This document shows, one piece after another, positions 16,892 through 26,131 of a DNA stretch of 40,381 nucleotides; positions within the stretch are counted from its first letter, which is position 1; each line of letters opens with the position of its first letter. The stretch covers positions 1 through 40,381 of the forward strand of contig JBKHYE010000022.1 in assembly GCA_046565705.1 (NCBI GenBank). The letters run 5' to 3'. The translations under genes were made by a program, and so were the position numbers. Under the pieces are notes generated by a model. The model saw only the letters and a list, made by a program, of their open reading frames with translations, ran no database searches and was not told where the DNA came from. Origin of the DNA: Actinomycetes bacterium (GTDB lineage Bacteria > Actinomycetota > Actinomycetes > Mycobacteriales > SCTD01).

Positions 16892-18048
16892 GCGTCGGCT
16901 GCGGCGGTCGCCGCGCGCAGCACCTGCTTCACCGGCCGGCCGAGCGCCTCGGCGGCGGCCGCGACGTCCTCCCACTCCGGCATCGCATTGACGACCTCGC
17001 CGTGCCGCCGCGCGGCCTTGACCCGCACCGGCCGGCCGTCGACCTCGACCGTCCACGTCTCGCGCTCCAGCACCGTGCGCTCGACGCCGTACCAGCGCAG
17101 CCCGATCGTCGTCGTCTCGGTGAGGACGACGTCGCGCACGGCGTCGAGCCCGGCGGCGGGGCAGAGCACCGACAGCACGTGCGCCGGACGGCCCTTCTTC
17201 ATGAGCACCGGCGCGAGCCAGGCGTCGTGCGCGCCGGCGGCGAGCAGCTGCTCGAGCACGTGCGGCCAGACCCGCGGGTCGAGGTCGTCGACGTTGGCCT
17301 CGACCACGACGGCGGTCGGCACGACCTCGCCGAGCGGCTCACCGACCACGAGCCGGACGACGTTCGCGACCTCCGGCCGGTCGCGACCGCCCGCGCCGAC
17401 GCCGGTCCGGGTCAGCGTCATCGCCGGCAGCGGCCCGACCGCGCCGGCCAGCGCGCGCACCAGCGCGGCGCCCGTCGGCGTCGTCGCCTCGTGCGCCGCG
17501 GGGCCGGCCTGCACCGGCACCCCGCGCAGCAGCGCGAGCACCGCGGGCACCGGCACGGGCAGTGAGCCGTGCCCGGCCGACGTCGTGCCGCTGCCGAGGG
17601 AGACGGCCGAGACAGTGAGGTGCTCGAGGCCGAGCGCGGCCACGCCCGCTGCCGTGCCGACGACGTCGGCGACGGCGTCGACCGCGCCGACCTCGTGGAA
17701 GTGCACGTCCTCGACGTCGACGCGATGGACCTCCGCCTCCGCCTCGGCGAGCAGCCCGAACGCCCGCAATGCCGTCGCCCGCACCGGCTCGTCGAGCCCG
17801 GCGGCCTCGAGCAGCGCGCGGACCTCGCGCCACGTGCGGGGCGGCTGCTCGGCGGCGACCGCCTCGACCCGCACGTGCAGCGCGCCGAGCCCGCCGCGCT
17901 GCACGGGAGCCGCGATCAGCCGCGCCGCGCCCGGCAGCACGGCGTCGGCCGCGCTCTGGAGCGCCTCGAGCGGCGCGCCGGCGTCGACGAGCGCGCCGAG
18001 CAGCATGTCGCCGCTGACGCCGGCCGAGCAGTCGAGCCAGCCGATCAC
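16822..18048 (-). CDS. larC: nickel pincer cofactor biosynthesis protein LarC (nickel insertase)
   Basis: WLDCSAGVSGDMLLGALVD, AEAEVH..VHFHEVGAVDAVADV, TTPTGAA, EANVDD, MKKGRP, ETTTIGLR and PEWED. Start GTG 18048 is coupled to the larB stop. Confidence 0.93.
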   Translation of the reverse strand: MIGWLDCSAGVSGDMLLGALVDAGAPLEALQSAADAVLPGAARLIAAPVQRGGLGALHVRVEAVAAEQPPRTWREVRALLEAAGLDEPVRATALRAFGLLAEAEAEVHRVDVEDVHFHEVGAVDAVADVVGTAAGVAALGLEHLTVSAVSLGSGTTSAGHGSLPVPVPAVLALLRGVPVQAGPAAHEATTPTGAALVRALAGAVGPLPAMTLTRTGVGAGGRDRPEVANVVRLVVGEPLGEVVPTAVVVEANVDDLDPRVWPHVLEQLLAAGAHDAWLAPVLMKKGRPAHVLSVLCPAAGLDAVRDVVLTETTTIGLRWYGVERTVLERETWTVEVDGRPVRVKAARRHGEVVNAMPEWEDVAAAAEALGRPVKQVLRAATAAADAQVRAAARPSDSASSRSPSESGR

Positions 18049-18824
18049 CCGGTGACCCGCCCTGGGCCGGCCCCCGGCACCCGCCCTGCCGCCCGGGCGA
18101 TCCGCGCCGCCAGCACCCCCGCGCCGAAGCCGTTGTCGATGTTCACGACGCCGACCCCCGGCGCGCACGCGTTGAGCATCGCGAGCAGCGCGGCCAGCCC
18201 GCCGAACGAGGCGCCGTAGCCGACCGACGTCGGGACGGCGACCAGCGGCGTGCCGACCAGCCCGCCGACGACGCTCGGCAGCGCGCCCTCCATCCCGGCG
18301 ACGACCACCACGCAGTCCGCGCTCTCGAGCGCGGGCCGGGCGGTCAGCAGCCGGTGCAGGCCGGCGACGCCGACGTCGTCGACCCGCTCGGCCGCGGCGC
18401 CGAAGGCGCGCACCGTGAGCGCCGCCTCGGCAGCGACCGGGCCGTCCGACGTGCCGGCTGCGACGACCGCGACGCAGCCGACCGGCTCCGGCAGCCGGCC
18501 GACGGCGAGCGTCGCGCCGTCGCGCGTGACGTCCGCGTGCGCCGCCTCGAGCGCCTCGCCCGTGTCCAGCGACGCGCGGGTGACCAGCACCGCGCGGTCG
18601 GTGCGCGCGCGCAGCGTCGCGACGACGTCGAGCACCTGCCCGGTCGTCTTGCCGGCCGCGTAGACGACCTCCGGGTCGCCGGTGCGCAGCTCGCGGTGCA
18701 GGTCGACGACGCTGTGCGCCAGCTCGGCGTAGGGCGCCTCGACGAGCGAGGCCAGCGCGGTGTCCGGGTCGGCCCGGCCGGCGGCGACGTCGTGCAGCAG
18801 CGCCCGCACGCCGTCCCGGTCCAC
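18045..18824 (-). CDS. larB: nickel pincer cofactor biosynthesis protein LarB
   Basis: DLHRELRTGDPEVVY..GKT, AGTSDGPVA, DVGVAGLHRL, VAGMEGALPSVV, PTSVGYGA and VVNIDNGFGAG. Confidence 0.93.
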   Translation of the reverse strand: MDRDGVRALLHDVAAGRADPDTALASLVEAPYAELAHSVVDLHRELRTGDPEVVYAAGKTTGQVLDVVATLRARTDRAVLVTRASLDTGEALEAAHADVTRDGATLAVGRLPEPVGCVAVVAAGTSDGPVAAEAALTVRAFGAAAERVDDVGVAGLHRLLTARPALESADCVVVVAGMEGALPSVVGGLVGTPLVAVPTSVGYGASFGGLAALLAMLNACAPGVGVVNIDNGFGAGVLAARIARAAGRVPGAGPGRVTG

Positions 18825-18872
18825 GCCGCCAGCCTGCCACCCCCGCGGGCCTGCCGGCGCTACCCTCTGGAC

Positions 18873-19358
18873 GTGCCGCTCTCGACCGCCGCGACGCTGG
18901 CCGCGGTCGGCGCGGCCCTGGTGGCGGTCACGCTCGTCGCCGTCCTCGCCGCCCGGCTGCGCCGCGTCGAGCACGCGCTCGCGACCGTGCTCGCCGAGAC
19001 GCCCGCCGCGCTCTCGAGCGTGGGCCGCCCGGTGCCGGAGACGCCGCGCAAGGAGGTCGAGGCCCTGCGCGCCGAGGTGGCCCAGGCCCGCGCCGACCTC
19101 TCGAGCGCGCTGCGGCACGTCGCCGTCGTCCGCTACGACGCCTTCGACGACCTCGCCGGTCGGCTGTCGTTCTCGGCCGCGCTGCTCGACGACGCCGGCG
19201 ACGGGATCGTGCTGTCGAGCATCAACGGCCGCAGCGAGACGCGCACGTACGCCAAGGGCATCACCGCCGGAGCCAGCGGGCACCCGCTCTCGCCCGAGGA
19301 GCGCGAGGCGGTGGCCCGGGCCCGCACGCCGTCACCGCGGCTGGAGCAGGCGGGCTGA
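18873..19358 (+). CDS. DUF4446-family membrane-anchored protein
   Basis: N-terminal TM segment, then VVRYDAFDDLAGRLSFSAALLD..DGIVLSSINGRSETRTYAK..LSPEE. Confidence 0.85.
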   Translation: MPLSTAATLAAVGAALVAVTLVAVLAARLRRVEHALATVLAETPAALSSVGRPVPETPRKEVEALRAEVAQARADLSSALRHVAVVRYDAFDDLAGRLSFSAALLDDAGDGIVLSSINGRSETRTYAKGITAGASGHPLSPEEREAVARARTPSPRLEQAG

Positions 19359-20296
19359 TGCCGGGCGTGCCACCCGCGCGCTTCGGCTTCCTCGGACCGG
19401 CGGGCACGTTCACCGAGGCCGCGCTGCGGACGCTGCCCGCCGCCGCGCGCGCCGACCTGCGCCCGTACCCGACGGTCGCCGAGGCGCTCGACGCTGTCCG
19501 CAGCGGCGAGACCGACGGCGCCGTCGTGCCGCTCGAGAACTCGGTCGAGGGCTCGGTCGCGACCACGCTCGACGAGCTGGCCTCGGGCGAGCCGCTGCAG
19601 GTGACCCGGGAGGTGCTGCTGCCGGTCAGCTTCGCGCTGCTGGCCCGCCCCGGCACCGGGCTGCACGAGGTGCGCACCGTCGCGACCCACCCGCACGCCG
19701 AGGCGCAGTGCCGGAAGTGGCTGCGCGAGGTGCTGCCCGAGGCGTCGGTCGTGCCGACGCCGTCGACCGCCGACGGCGCGCGCGAGGTCGCCGCCGGCCG
19801 CTACGACGCCGCGCTGGCCGCGCCCGTCGCGGCCGACCACTACGGGCTTGTGACGCTGGCCGACGGCGTGCACGACCGCGCGGACGCCGTGACCCGGTTC
19901 GTGCTCGTGTCACGCCCCGGCCCGCCGCCGGCGCCGACCGGTGCCGACCGCACGACGCTGTTCGCCTTCATCGCCGACGACCACCCCGGCGCGCTGCTCG
20001 AGCTGCTGACGGAGTTCGCGGTCCGCGGGGTGAACCTCACCCGGATCGAGTCGCGCCCGACCGGCGACCGGCTCGGCCGCTACTTCTTCTCCGTCGACTG
20101 CGAGGGACACCTCGCCGACGCCCGGGTCGGCGAGGCGCTGTCCGCGCTGCGCCGGGTCTGCGCCGACGTCCGGGTGCTGGGCAGCTACCCCCGGGCCGAC
20201 GGCGTCGCCCCCGTCGTGCGGCCGGGGACGTCCGACGCCGACTTCCGCGACTCCGCCGCCTGGCTGGCCCGGCTCCGCGACGGCCCCCCCGACTGA
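19358..20296 (+). CDS. pheA: prephenate dehydratase
   Basis: FLGPAGTFTE, VPLENSVEGSV, TRF and ACT domain (DHPGAL, VNLTRIESRP, VLGSYP). Confidence 0.95.
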   Translation: MPGVPPARFGFLGPAGTFTEAALRTLPAAARADLRPYPTVAEALDAVRSGETDGAVVPLENSVEGSVATTLDELASGEPLQVTREVLLPVSFALLARPGTGLHEVRTVATHPHAEAQCRKWLREVLPEASVVPTPSTADGAREVAAGRYDAALAAPVAADHYGLVTLADGVHDRADAVTRFVLVSRPGPPPAPTGADRTTLFAFIADDHPGALLELLTEFAVRGVNLTRIESRPTGDRLGRYFFSVDCEGHLADARVGEALSALRRVCADVRVLGSYPRADGVAPVVRPGTSDADFRDSAAWLARLRDGPPD

Positions 20297-20472
20297 CCTC
20301 CGCCCACCCCGTCGTTGCGTCCGTCTGGCAGCACACGCCGCCGCGGCGCCTCGCCGGACGCAACGGCCGGGCACGGGGCAGGAATGCGGGCGATCGCGGC
20401 GAATACCCCACGACGTCCGCCGTCCCGTCGCGCCGTTCCCAGCCGCCGCGGCCGTCCCCTCCTGGAGACCGC

Positions 20473-21474
20473 ATGGCTCGCCGCCTGCCCGCCCTCGCCG
20501 CCGTGAGCGCCGCCGCCGTCGCCGGCCTGCTGGCCTCCGGCGCCGCCGCCGGCACGAGTGCGACCGGCACGCTGACCGCCGCGCAGACCGGTGCCGGCGC
20601 CCCGCTGGCCACCGGCGGCGCGGCGCCGCAGCCCGGGCCGCACGGGATCATCGACGTCGAGAGCCTCATGCGCGACGTCGACTGCGACGAGGCGCAGTTG
20701 ACCGGTCCGGCCGCCACGAGCACCGCGCACGTCACCGGGGAGCCGGCCGCGATCGACCTCGACGTGCTCACCGTCGTCGACGTCGCCGAGGGCAAGGAGA
20801 TCGCCGCGATCGCCGATCCGGCCGAGCGGGCCGCCGCCGAGCAGGCGCTCTACGCCGAGATCCGCGAGCGGCTGCTGGTGGGGCAGGAGTCCTACGCCGA
20901 CCTGGGCATCGACCTCGTGCTCGACCGGTTCGACCTGCTGGCGCCGGAGCGCGACACCCGGACCGACAACGCCGAGGAGATCATCGCGCTGGCGAAGGCC
21001 CAGTACGGCGGCCAGCGCCCGGCTGACGTCGACGTGGTCTCGGTCGTCACCGACATCGACATCCAGGTGCCCGGCCTCGGCAACGCCGTCGCCGGCATGG
21101 CCGACTGCATCGGCGGCGTCGCGCTCCCCGACCGCGCGTTCGCCGTCAGCGAGACCGGTGTGCTGACTGGAGACGAGGGCATCCCGGTCGGCCCGATCAC
21201 GTTCTACAAGGACCTGACCGCGAAGATCGTCGCGCACGAGATCGGCCACCTCATGGGCGGTCACCACCACTACCAGGAGTGCGGCACCGCCGCCCCGGTC
21301 GCCCTCGAGCGCGGCGAGCCGGGCCCGTGCACCCTGATGACGAACGCCGTCGACTTCCAGACCATCCCGTTCAGCACGCTCAACGGCGTCGTCGTGCGCG
21401 GGCACGCCGAGACGTGGGCGACGGCGACCGACGGCGACGCCGCGTCGGCCGAGGCACACGACCACGAGCACTGA
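20473..21474 (+). CDS. secreted zinc metalloprotease (metzincin, reprolysin/M12B-like)
   Basis: Signal-peptide-like N-terminus after a GGAG RBS; HEIGHLMGGHH fits HExxHxxGxxH; downstream CTLM Met-turn. Confidence 0.85.
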   Translation: MARRLPALAAVSAAAVAGLLASGAAAGTSATGTLTAAQTGAGAPLATGGAAPQPGPHGIIDVESLMRDVDCDEAQLTGPAATSTAHVTGEPAAIDLDVLTVVDVAEGKEIAAIADPAERAAAEQALYAEIRERLLVGQESYADLGIDLVLDRFDLLAPERDTRTDNAEEIIALAKAQYGGQRPADVDVVSVVTDIDIQVPGLGNAVAGMADCIGGVALPDRAFAVSETGVLTGDEGIPVGPITFYKDLTAKIVAHEIGHLMGGHHHYQECGTAAPVALERGEPGPCTLMTNAVDFQTIPFSTLNGVVVRGHAETWATATDGDAASAEAHDHEH

Positions 21475-21492
21475 GCGGGGGCGCGCCCCCGC
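21475..21492. terminator. GC hairpin between convergent genes
   Basis: GCGGGGG-CGCG-CCCCCGC immediately after the protease stop; no U-tract. Confidence 0.5.
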
Positions 21493-21497
21493 GCCGG

Positions 21498-22196
21498 TCA
21501 GCCGCCGCTGCCGTGGTTGTGCGGCGGCACGACGGGACCCTCACTGGCCTGCACGACGACGAACCCCTGACCGGCGAACGCGAGCTGGAAGGCCTCGCCG
21601 CTGCCGCGGCCGATGAGCGCGCCGGCCCGCGCCGTCCGCACCAGCCGGGTCTGCAGCCCGGCTGACCAGGCGACCGCGGACTGCAGGTCGGCGTACGTCG
21701 GCGCCTCCGCGGCGTTGAGCACCACCGGCGTCCCGAACGCGCTGACCACGAGCCGCCCCGTGCCGGAGAAGACGGTGTTGAAGACGCCGCCGGAGAACAT
21801 CGACGCGCCCTCGACGCGGCGGATGTCCCACTGCAATGTCGGCTCGAACGCGAGCACGTTCGGGCCATTCACCGTGACGCTGTCGCCCTCGAGGTCGAGC
21901 ACGTGCAGCTCGTCGGCGTTCTGGGCGAGGAACACGTCGCCGACACCGCGCACCCGCATGAGCGGCACGCCCTCACCGGTGACCATCTTCTTCAGCAGCT
22001 TGCCGACGCCGGCGCCCTCGTAGGCGAACTCGACCTGCCCCTGGTAGGCGACCATCGAGCCCTGCCGGGCGAGGAACTCACCGGGCTGACCGCTGGCGGC
22101 GTCGCCGACCCGCACCTTCAGCATCCGCGGGTTCTGCAGCGCCATCATCTCGGTGCTGGTGGTCTCGCGGTTCTCGCCGAACAGGCTGCTGCGCAC
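21498..22196 (-). CDS. AIM24-family protein
   Basis: ARQGSMVAYQG, TGEG..LM, NVLAF, DLQSAVAWS and GSGEAFQLAFAGQGFVVVQASE. Confidence 0.88.
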   Translation of the reverse strand: MRSSLFGENRETTSTEMMALQNPRMLKVRVGDAASGQPGEFLARQGSMVAYQGQVEFAYEGAGVGKLLKKMVTGEGVPLMRVRGVGDVFLAQNADELHVLDLEGDSVTVNGPNVLAFEPTLQWDIRRVEGASMFSGGVFNTVFSGTGRLVVSAFGTPVVLNAAEAPTYADLQSAVAWSAGLQTRLVRTARAGALIGRGSGEAFQLAFAGQGFVVVQASEGPVVPPHNHGSGG

Positions 22197-22230
22197 GGGG
22201 GCTGCTCCCAGAGGTGGTGTCGCCGACGGA

Positions 22231-22280
22231 TGTTGCGCTCAGGCGCAACTCTTGCCGGGACGTGCGCGTGTGCGCAACAC
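22231..22280 (-). repeat. palindromic REP-like element, copy 4
   Basis: TGTTGCGCTCAGGCGCAACTCTTGCCGGGACGTGCGCGTGTGCGCAACAC; shares arms and internal layout with copies 1-3. Confidence 0.8.
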
Positions 22281-22483
22281 GCCGCGCAGGACCAGCGCCG
22301 CTTCGGTGCGTCGGGCGGCAGGTCGCCCGCGACGGACGCGGCGGTGCCGCCGGCGGTCTGGTCCCGACGGACCATGGCCGCGAGCGGCTCTGCCGGGTCA
22401 GACTCGGCGTGCTCGGAGGAGGGGGGTTCGGCGGTGCACGAGGTGGTCGTCTGCACGCCGCGCGCGCGACGCGGCGCCGCCGG

Positions 22484-23647
22484 GTGAGCGGGCCGGGGCT
22501 CCTGCGGGTGCTCGTGCTCGGTGCCGGCTTCGGTGGACTCGAGGTGGCGACGGCGCTGTGCGAGCGGGCTCCCGGGCGGGTGGACGTCGTGCTCGTCGAC
22601 CGGGCCGAGAGCTTCGTGTTCGGCTTCTCCAAGCTCGACGTGATGTTCCGCCAGGTGCCGGTGGCCCACGTCAGGCACCGCTACGCCGACCTCGCCCGGC
22701 CCGGTCTGACCTTCCTGCGCTCGGCGGTGCTGGCGATCGACCCGGTCGCCCGGCGGGTGGTGACCGAAGCCGGCGAGCTGCACGGCGACGTGCTGGTCGT
22801 CGCGCTCGGTGCGGACGTCGAACCGCAGGCGACGCCCGGGCTCACCGAGGGCGGGCACGAGTTCTACTCGGTGGAGGGCGCGATCGAGGCCGCCGCGGCA
22901 CTGCACCGCTTCGACGGCGGCCGTGCCGTCGTCGGCGTCACGTCGACGCCGTTCAAGTGTCCGCCAGCACCCAGTGAAACCGTGCTGCTGCTGCACGACC
23001 TGCTCGTCGAGCGCGGCCTGCGTGCACGGTCGGAGGTCGCGCTCGTCATGCCCCTGCCCGTGCCCATCCCGCCGTCACCAGCGGCGTCGGAGATGGTGCT
23101 CGCCCAGCTCGCCGAGCGGGGTGTCGAGTGGCACCCGCAGCGGCTCGTCAGGAAAGTCGACGCCGGGGCGCGACGGCTCGTGCTCGACGACGGCAGCGAC
23201 ATGCCCTACGACCTGTTCCTCGCCATCCCGGCGCACCGCGCGCCGGCCGTCGTCGTCGACGCCGGCCTGACGGTGGACGGCTGGGTGCCGGTCGACCCGC
23301 AGACCCTGCGGACGTCGTTCCCCGGCGTCTACGCCGTCGGCGACGTCACCAGCGTCGGGACACCGAAGGCCGGCGTCTTCGCCGAGGGCCAGGCGGCGGT
23401 GGTCGCGGAGCAGATCGTCGCCGAGCTCGACAGCGGCTCGAGCGCGACCGGGTACGACGGCCGCGGCACCTGCTGGATGGAGGTCGGCGCCGGGCGCGTC
23501 GCCAAGGTGGACGTGACCTTCCGCCCTGGGCAGCGGCCCTTCGGCGGCATGGAGGGACCGTCCGCCGAGCTGGTCGAGGACAAGAACCGGTTCGGGGCCA
23601 GCCGCGTCGCGCGCTGGTTCGGGCGGACGTGGTCGCCGGCGGGCTGA
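22484..23647 (+). CDS. sulfide:quinone oxidoreductase-like FAD/NAD(P)-binding oxidoreductase
   Basis: VLGAGFGG, PFKCPPAPSE, VYAVGDV, PKAGVFA and a second Cys in GTCW. Start set at GTG 22484. Confidence 0.8.
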   Translation: MSGPGLLRVLVLGAGFGGLEVATALCERAPGRVDVVLVDRAESFVFGFSKLDVMFRQVPVAHVRHRYADLARPGLTFLRSAVLAIDPVARRVVTEAGELHGDVLVVALGADVEPQATPGLTEGGHEFYSVEGAIEAAAALHRFDGGRAVVGVTSTPFKCPPAPSETVLLLHDLLVERGLRARSEVALVMPLPVPIPPSPAASEMVLAQLAERGVEWHPQRLVRKVDAGARRLVLDDGSDMPYDLFLAIPAHRAPAVVVDAGLTVDGWVPVDPQTLRTSFPGVYAVGDVTSVGTPKAGVFAEGQAAVVAEQIVAELDSGSSATGYDGRGTCWMEVGAGRVAKVDVTFRPGQRPFGGMEGPSAELVEDKNRFGASRVARWFGRTWSPAG

Positions 23648-23719
23648 TCCCGCGGCTGACGAGTCGGCCCAGTGCCGGCGTCGACGTCTGGTGCAGACGA
23701 CGCGCAGCGACGTCACGGT

Positions 23720-24415
23720 TCAGGGGTGGTGGCCACGCCAGGAGTAGTCGTACTCCGGCCGACCGGCCCTGCCGTAGCGCGGTGCTCGCTGGACGCTGCC
23801 GGCGTCGACCAGGTGCTCCAGGTACCGCCGCACGGTCACGCGGCTGACGCCGAGAGCGCTGCCCAGCGCCGTCGACGTGACCGGCGCGTCGGCCCCACGC
23901 AGCGCCTCGACGACGGCATGCAGAGTCTCAGGCGACAGCCCCTTGGGCAGCGCCGCCTGCTCGGACCCGCGCAGTGAGCGCAGCGCGCGGTCGACATCGG
24001 CCTGAGCTGCAGCGCCGACGTCGGCGCCGATGTGCCGGCGGTACTCGGCGTAGCGCTCGAGCTTGTCGCGGAACGAGCTGAAGGCGAAGGGCTTGAGCAG
24101 GTACTGCACGACGCCGAGCGACACCGCGGCACGCACGACGTCGACGTCGCGGGCCGACGTGACCGCGATGACGTCGACGTCCAGCCCGCGCCCGCGCAGG
24201 GTCCGGCACACGTCCAGGCCGGTCACGTCCGGCAGGTTGAAGTCGAGCAGCACAAGGTCGACGGGCGCGCCCTGGACGAAGCGGAGCGCGTCTCGCCCCG
24301 AGTGCACGACTCCGACGACGGCGAACCCGGCGACCCGGCCGACGTACGCCTCGTGCGCCTGGGCGATGAGCGGTTCGTCGTCGACGACGAGGACGGCGAT
24401 GTCTGCGTCGGTCAC
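23720..24415 (-). CDS. CitB/DctR-family response regulator
   Basis: VLVVDDE, LVLLDFNLPD, YLLKPF, LPKGLS and SRVTVRRYLEHL..YGRAGRPE. Confidence 0.92.
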   Translation of the reverse strand: MTDADIAVLVVDDEPLIAQAHEAYVGRVAGFAVVGVVHSGRDALRFVQGAPVDLVLLDFNLPDVTGLDVCRTLRGRGLDVDVIAVTSARDVDVVRAAVSLGVVQYLLKPFAFSSFRDKLERYAEYRRHIGADVGAAAQADVDRALRSLRGSEQAALPKGLSPETLHAVVEALRGADAPVTSTALGSALGVSRVTVRRYLEHLVDAGSVQRAPRYGRAGRPEYDYSWRGHHP

Positions 24416-26013
24416 GCACCGCTCCGCTCGAGCGCGGGGAAGCGGACCTCGACCGCTGCGTCGGGTGCCGGCGTGACGCTGATGGTGCCGCCGTGGCGCT
24501 CGACTGCCGCCGCGACGAGCGCGAGGCCGAGGCCCCGTCCGTGCAGCGCGCCACCGGGCTTGGTCGACCACCCTCGGCGGAAGGCGTCCTCGACCCGGTC
24601 GGCAGGGATCCCCGGCCCGCTGTCGGCCACGCGCACCAGCACGCCTCCGTCGTCGCACCGCAGGAGGACGTCGACGCGGCGCGGCGGCGGACCCGCCACC
24701 ACCGCGTCGACGGCGTTGTCGACGAGGTTGCCGACGACCGTGACGAGGTCGGTCGGCGGCACCCGGCTGCCCGTCAGCGACGTGCCTTCGTCGATGACGA
24801 GCTCGACGCCGCGCTCGTGCGCCTGCGCCGCCTTGCCGAGCAGCAGCGCCGCGACGACCGGCTCGTCGACCGCGGCGAGCACGCGGTCGGTCAGCCGCTG
24901 CGCCGAGGCGAGCTCGGCGGTCGCGAACTCGACCGCCTCGTCGGCGCGATCGAGCTCGATGAGCGTGATGACGGTGTGCAGCCGGTTGGCGCTCTCGTGG
25001 GCCTGCGCCCGCAGTGCATCGGCGAACCCGCGCACCGAGTCGAGCTCGCTCGTCACCGCGTGCAGGTCCGACTCGTCGCGCAGCGTCGTCACCGTGCCCA
25101 GCCGCCGTCCGTCCCGCTCGACCGCTGTCGTGCTGACGACCACGACGGCAGCACGGGTGAGGTGGAGCTCGTCGGTCGCGGTGCGACCCTCGTGCAGCAG
25201 CCTGGACAGCGAGTCAGGCAGGTCCAGCTCGCCGACGGGCGTGCCTTCGTACCGCGCGGGCTCGCCCTGCAGGCCCAGCAGTCGCACGGCCCCGTGGTTG
25301 AGCAGCACCACCCGCGAGCGGTCGTCGACCACGACGAGTCCCTCGCGGACGGCTCTGAGCACGGCGTCGTGGTGCTCGAACAGCCGGGTGATCTCCGCCG
25401 GGCCGACGCCGCGCGTGAGCCGGTGCAGCCGGCGGCTGACGAGGTAGGCACCCAGCCCGGACAGCAGCAGCGCGAGCACGGCGACGGCCGCGACGACGGG
25501 CAGCTCGTCGCGCAGCTGATCGGCGATGCGGCGCTCGGTCAGGCCGACCGCGACGTACCCGATCGGTACGTCACCGGACCGCACCGCCGCGACCGCGCGC
25601 ACGGACGGCCCCAACGTGCCGGTGGAGCGCTCGACGTAGGTGCTGCGGGTGCCGGGGTCGCCGACGCGGCCGATGAACGTGCCGCCGATCAGCGAGGGGT
25701 TCGGGTGCGAGTAGCGCACCCGGTCAGGGCCCATGATGACGACGAAGTCGACGTCGGTGGCGACCCGCACCGACTCGGCGAGCGGCTGCAGCTGCGCCGC
25801 GGGGTCCGCCGACCGGAGGGCGTCGGCCACGACCGGCTCCGCAGCGAGTCCCTCGGCGAGGGCGACGACCTCTGCGCGGGCGAGGGTGTCCGAGTCCCGC
25901 CGGGCGTCGAGGTATGCCAGGCCGCCGGCGCAGAGGACGACGACGGCCGTGACGGCGAGCTGCAGGACGAGCAGTTGCCGCGCGACGCTCAGCCGCGACC
26001 ACCCCGGGACCAC
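24412..26013 (-). CDS. CitA/DctS-family sensor histidine kinase
   Basis: Two TM segments around a Cache domain (RYSHPNP, GTLGPSVRA), PAS, H-box LRAQAHESANRLH, N-box GNLVDNA and G-boxes DSGPG, GRGLGL. Start is GTG 26013 or 26031. Confidence 0.92.
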   Translation of the reverse strand: MVPGWSRLSVARQLLVLQLAVTAVVVLCAGGLAYLDARRDSDTLARAEVVALAEGLAAEPVVADALRSADPAAQLQPLAESVRVATDVDFVVIMGPDRVRYSHPNPSLIGGTFIGRVGDPGTRSTYVERSTGTLGPSVRAVAAVRSGDVPIGYVAVGLTERRIADQLRDELPVVAAVAVLALLLSGLGAYLVSRRLHRLTRGVGPAEITRLFEHHDAVLRAVREGLVVVDDRSRVVLLNHGAVRLLGLQGEPARYEGTPVGELDLPDSLSRLLHEGRTATDELHLTRAAVVVVSTTAVERDGRRLGTVTTLRDESDLHAVTSELDSVRGFADALRAQAHESANRLHTVITLIELDRADEAVEFATAELASAQRLTDRVLAAVDEPVVAALLLGKAAQAHERGVELVIDEGTSLTGSRVPPTDLVTVVGNLVDNAVDAVVAGPPPRRVDVLLRCDDGGVLVRVADSGPGIPADRVEDAFRRGWSTKPGGALHGRGLGLALVAAAVERHGGTISVTPAPDAAVEVRFPALERSGA

Positions 26014-26032
26014 ACCTGCAGTGTGCGCCACG

Positions 26033-26082
26033 TCACGACCACAACGACCGCAACGGCGACAGGGGCTGTGATCGGTTCCACA
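26033..26082. promoter_or_regulatory. response-regulator-like direct repeats (ACGACCACA/ACGACCGCA) and CRP-like site TGTGA-N6-CCACA (26067-26082)
   Basis: Lies in the divergent citA/dctA spacer; the CRP-like site has one mismatch to TGTGA-N6-TCACA. Confidence 0.5.
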
Positions 26083-26131
26083 GTCGACCGGGAGCCGGGA
26101 CAGCCCCGGACGGCAGCACCTCGGAGGAGCC

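Noticed and set aside
23655-23680. GACGAGTCGGCC resembling an RNase P RNA terminus
   Set aside because: Only about 12 bp match and no room for a ~400 nt RNA between the flanking genes.
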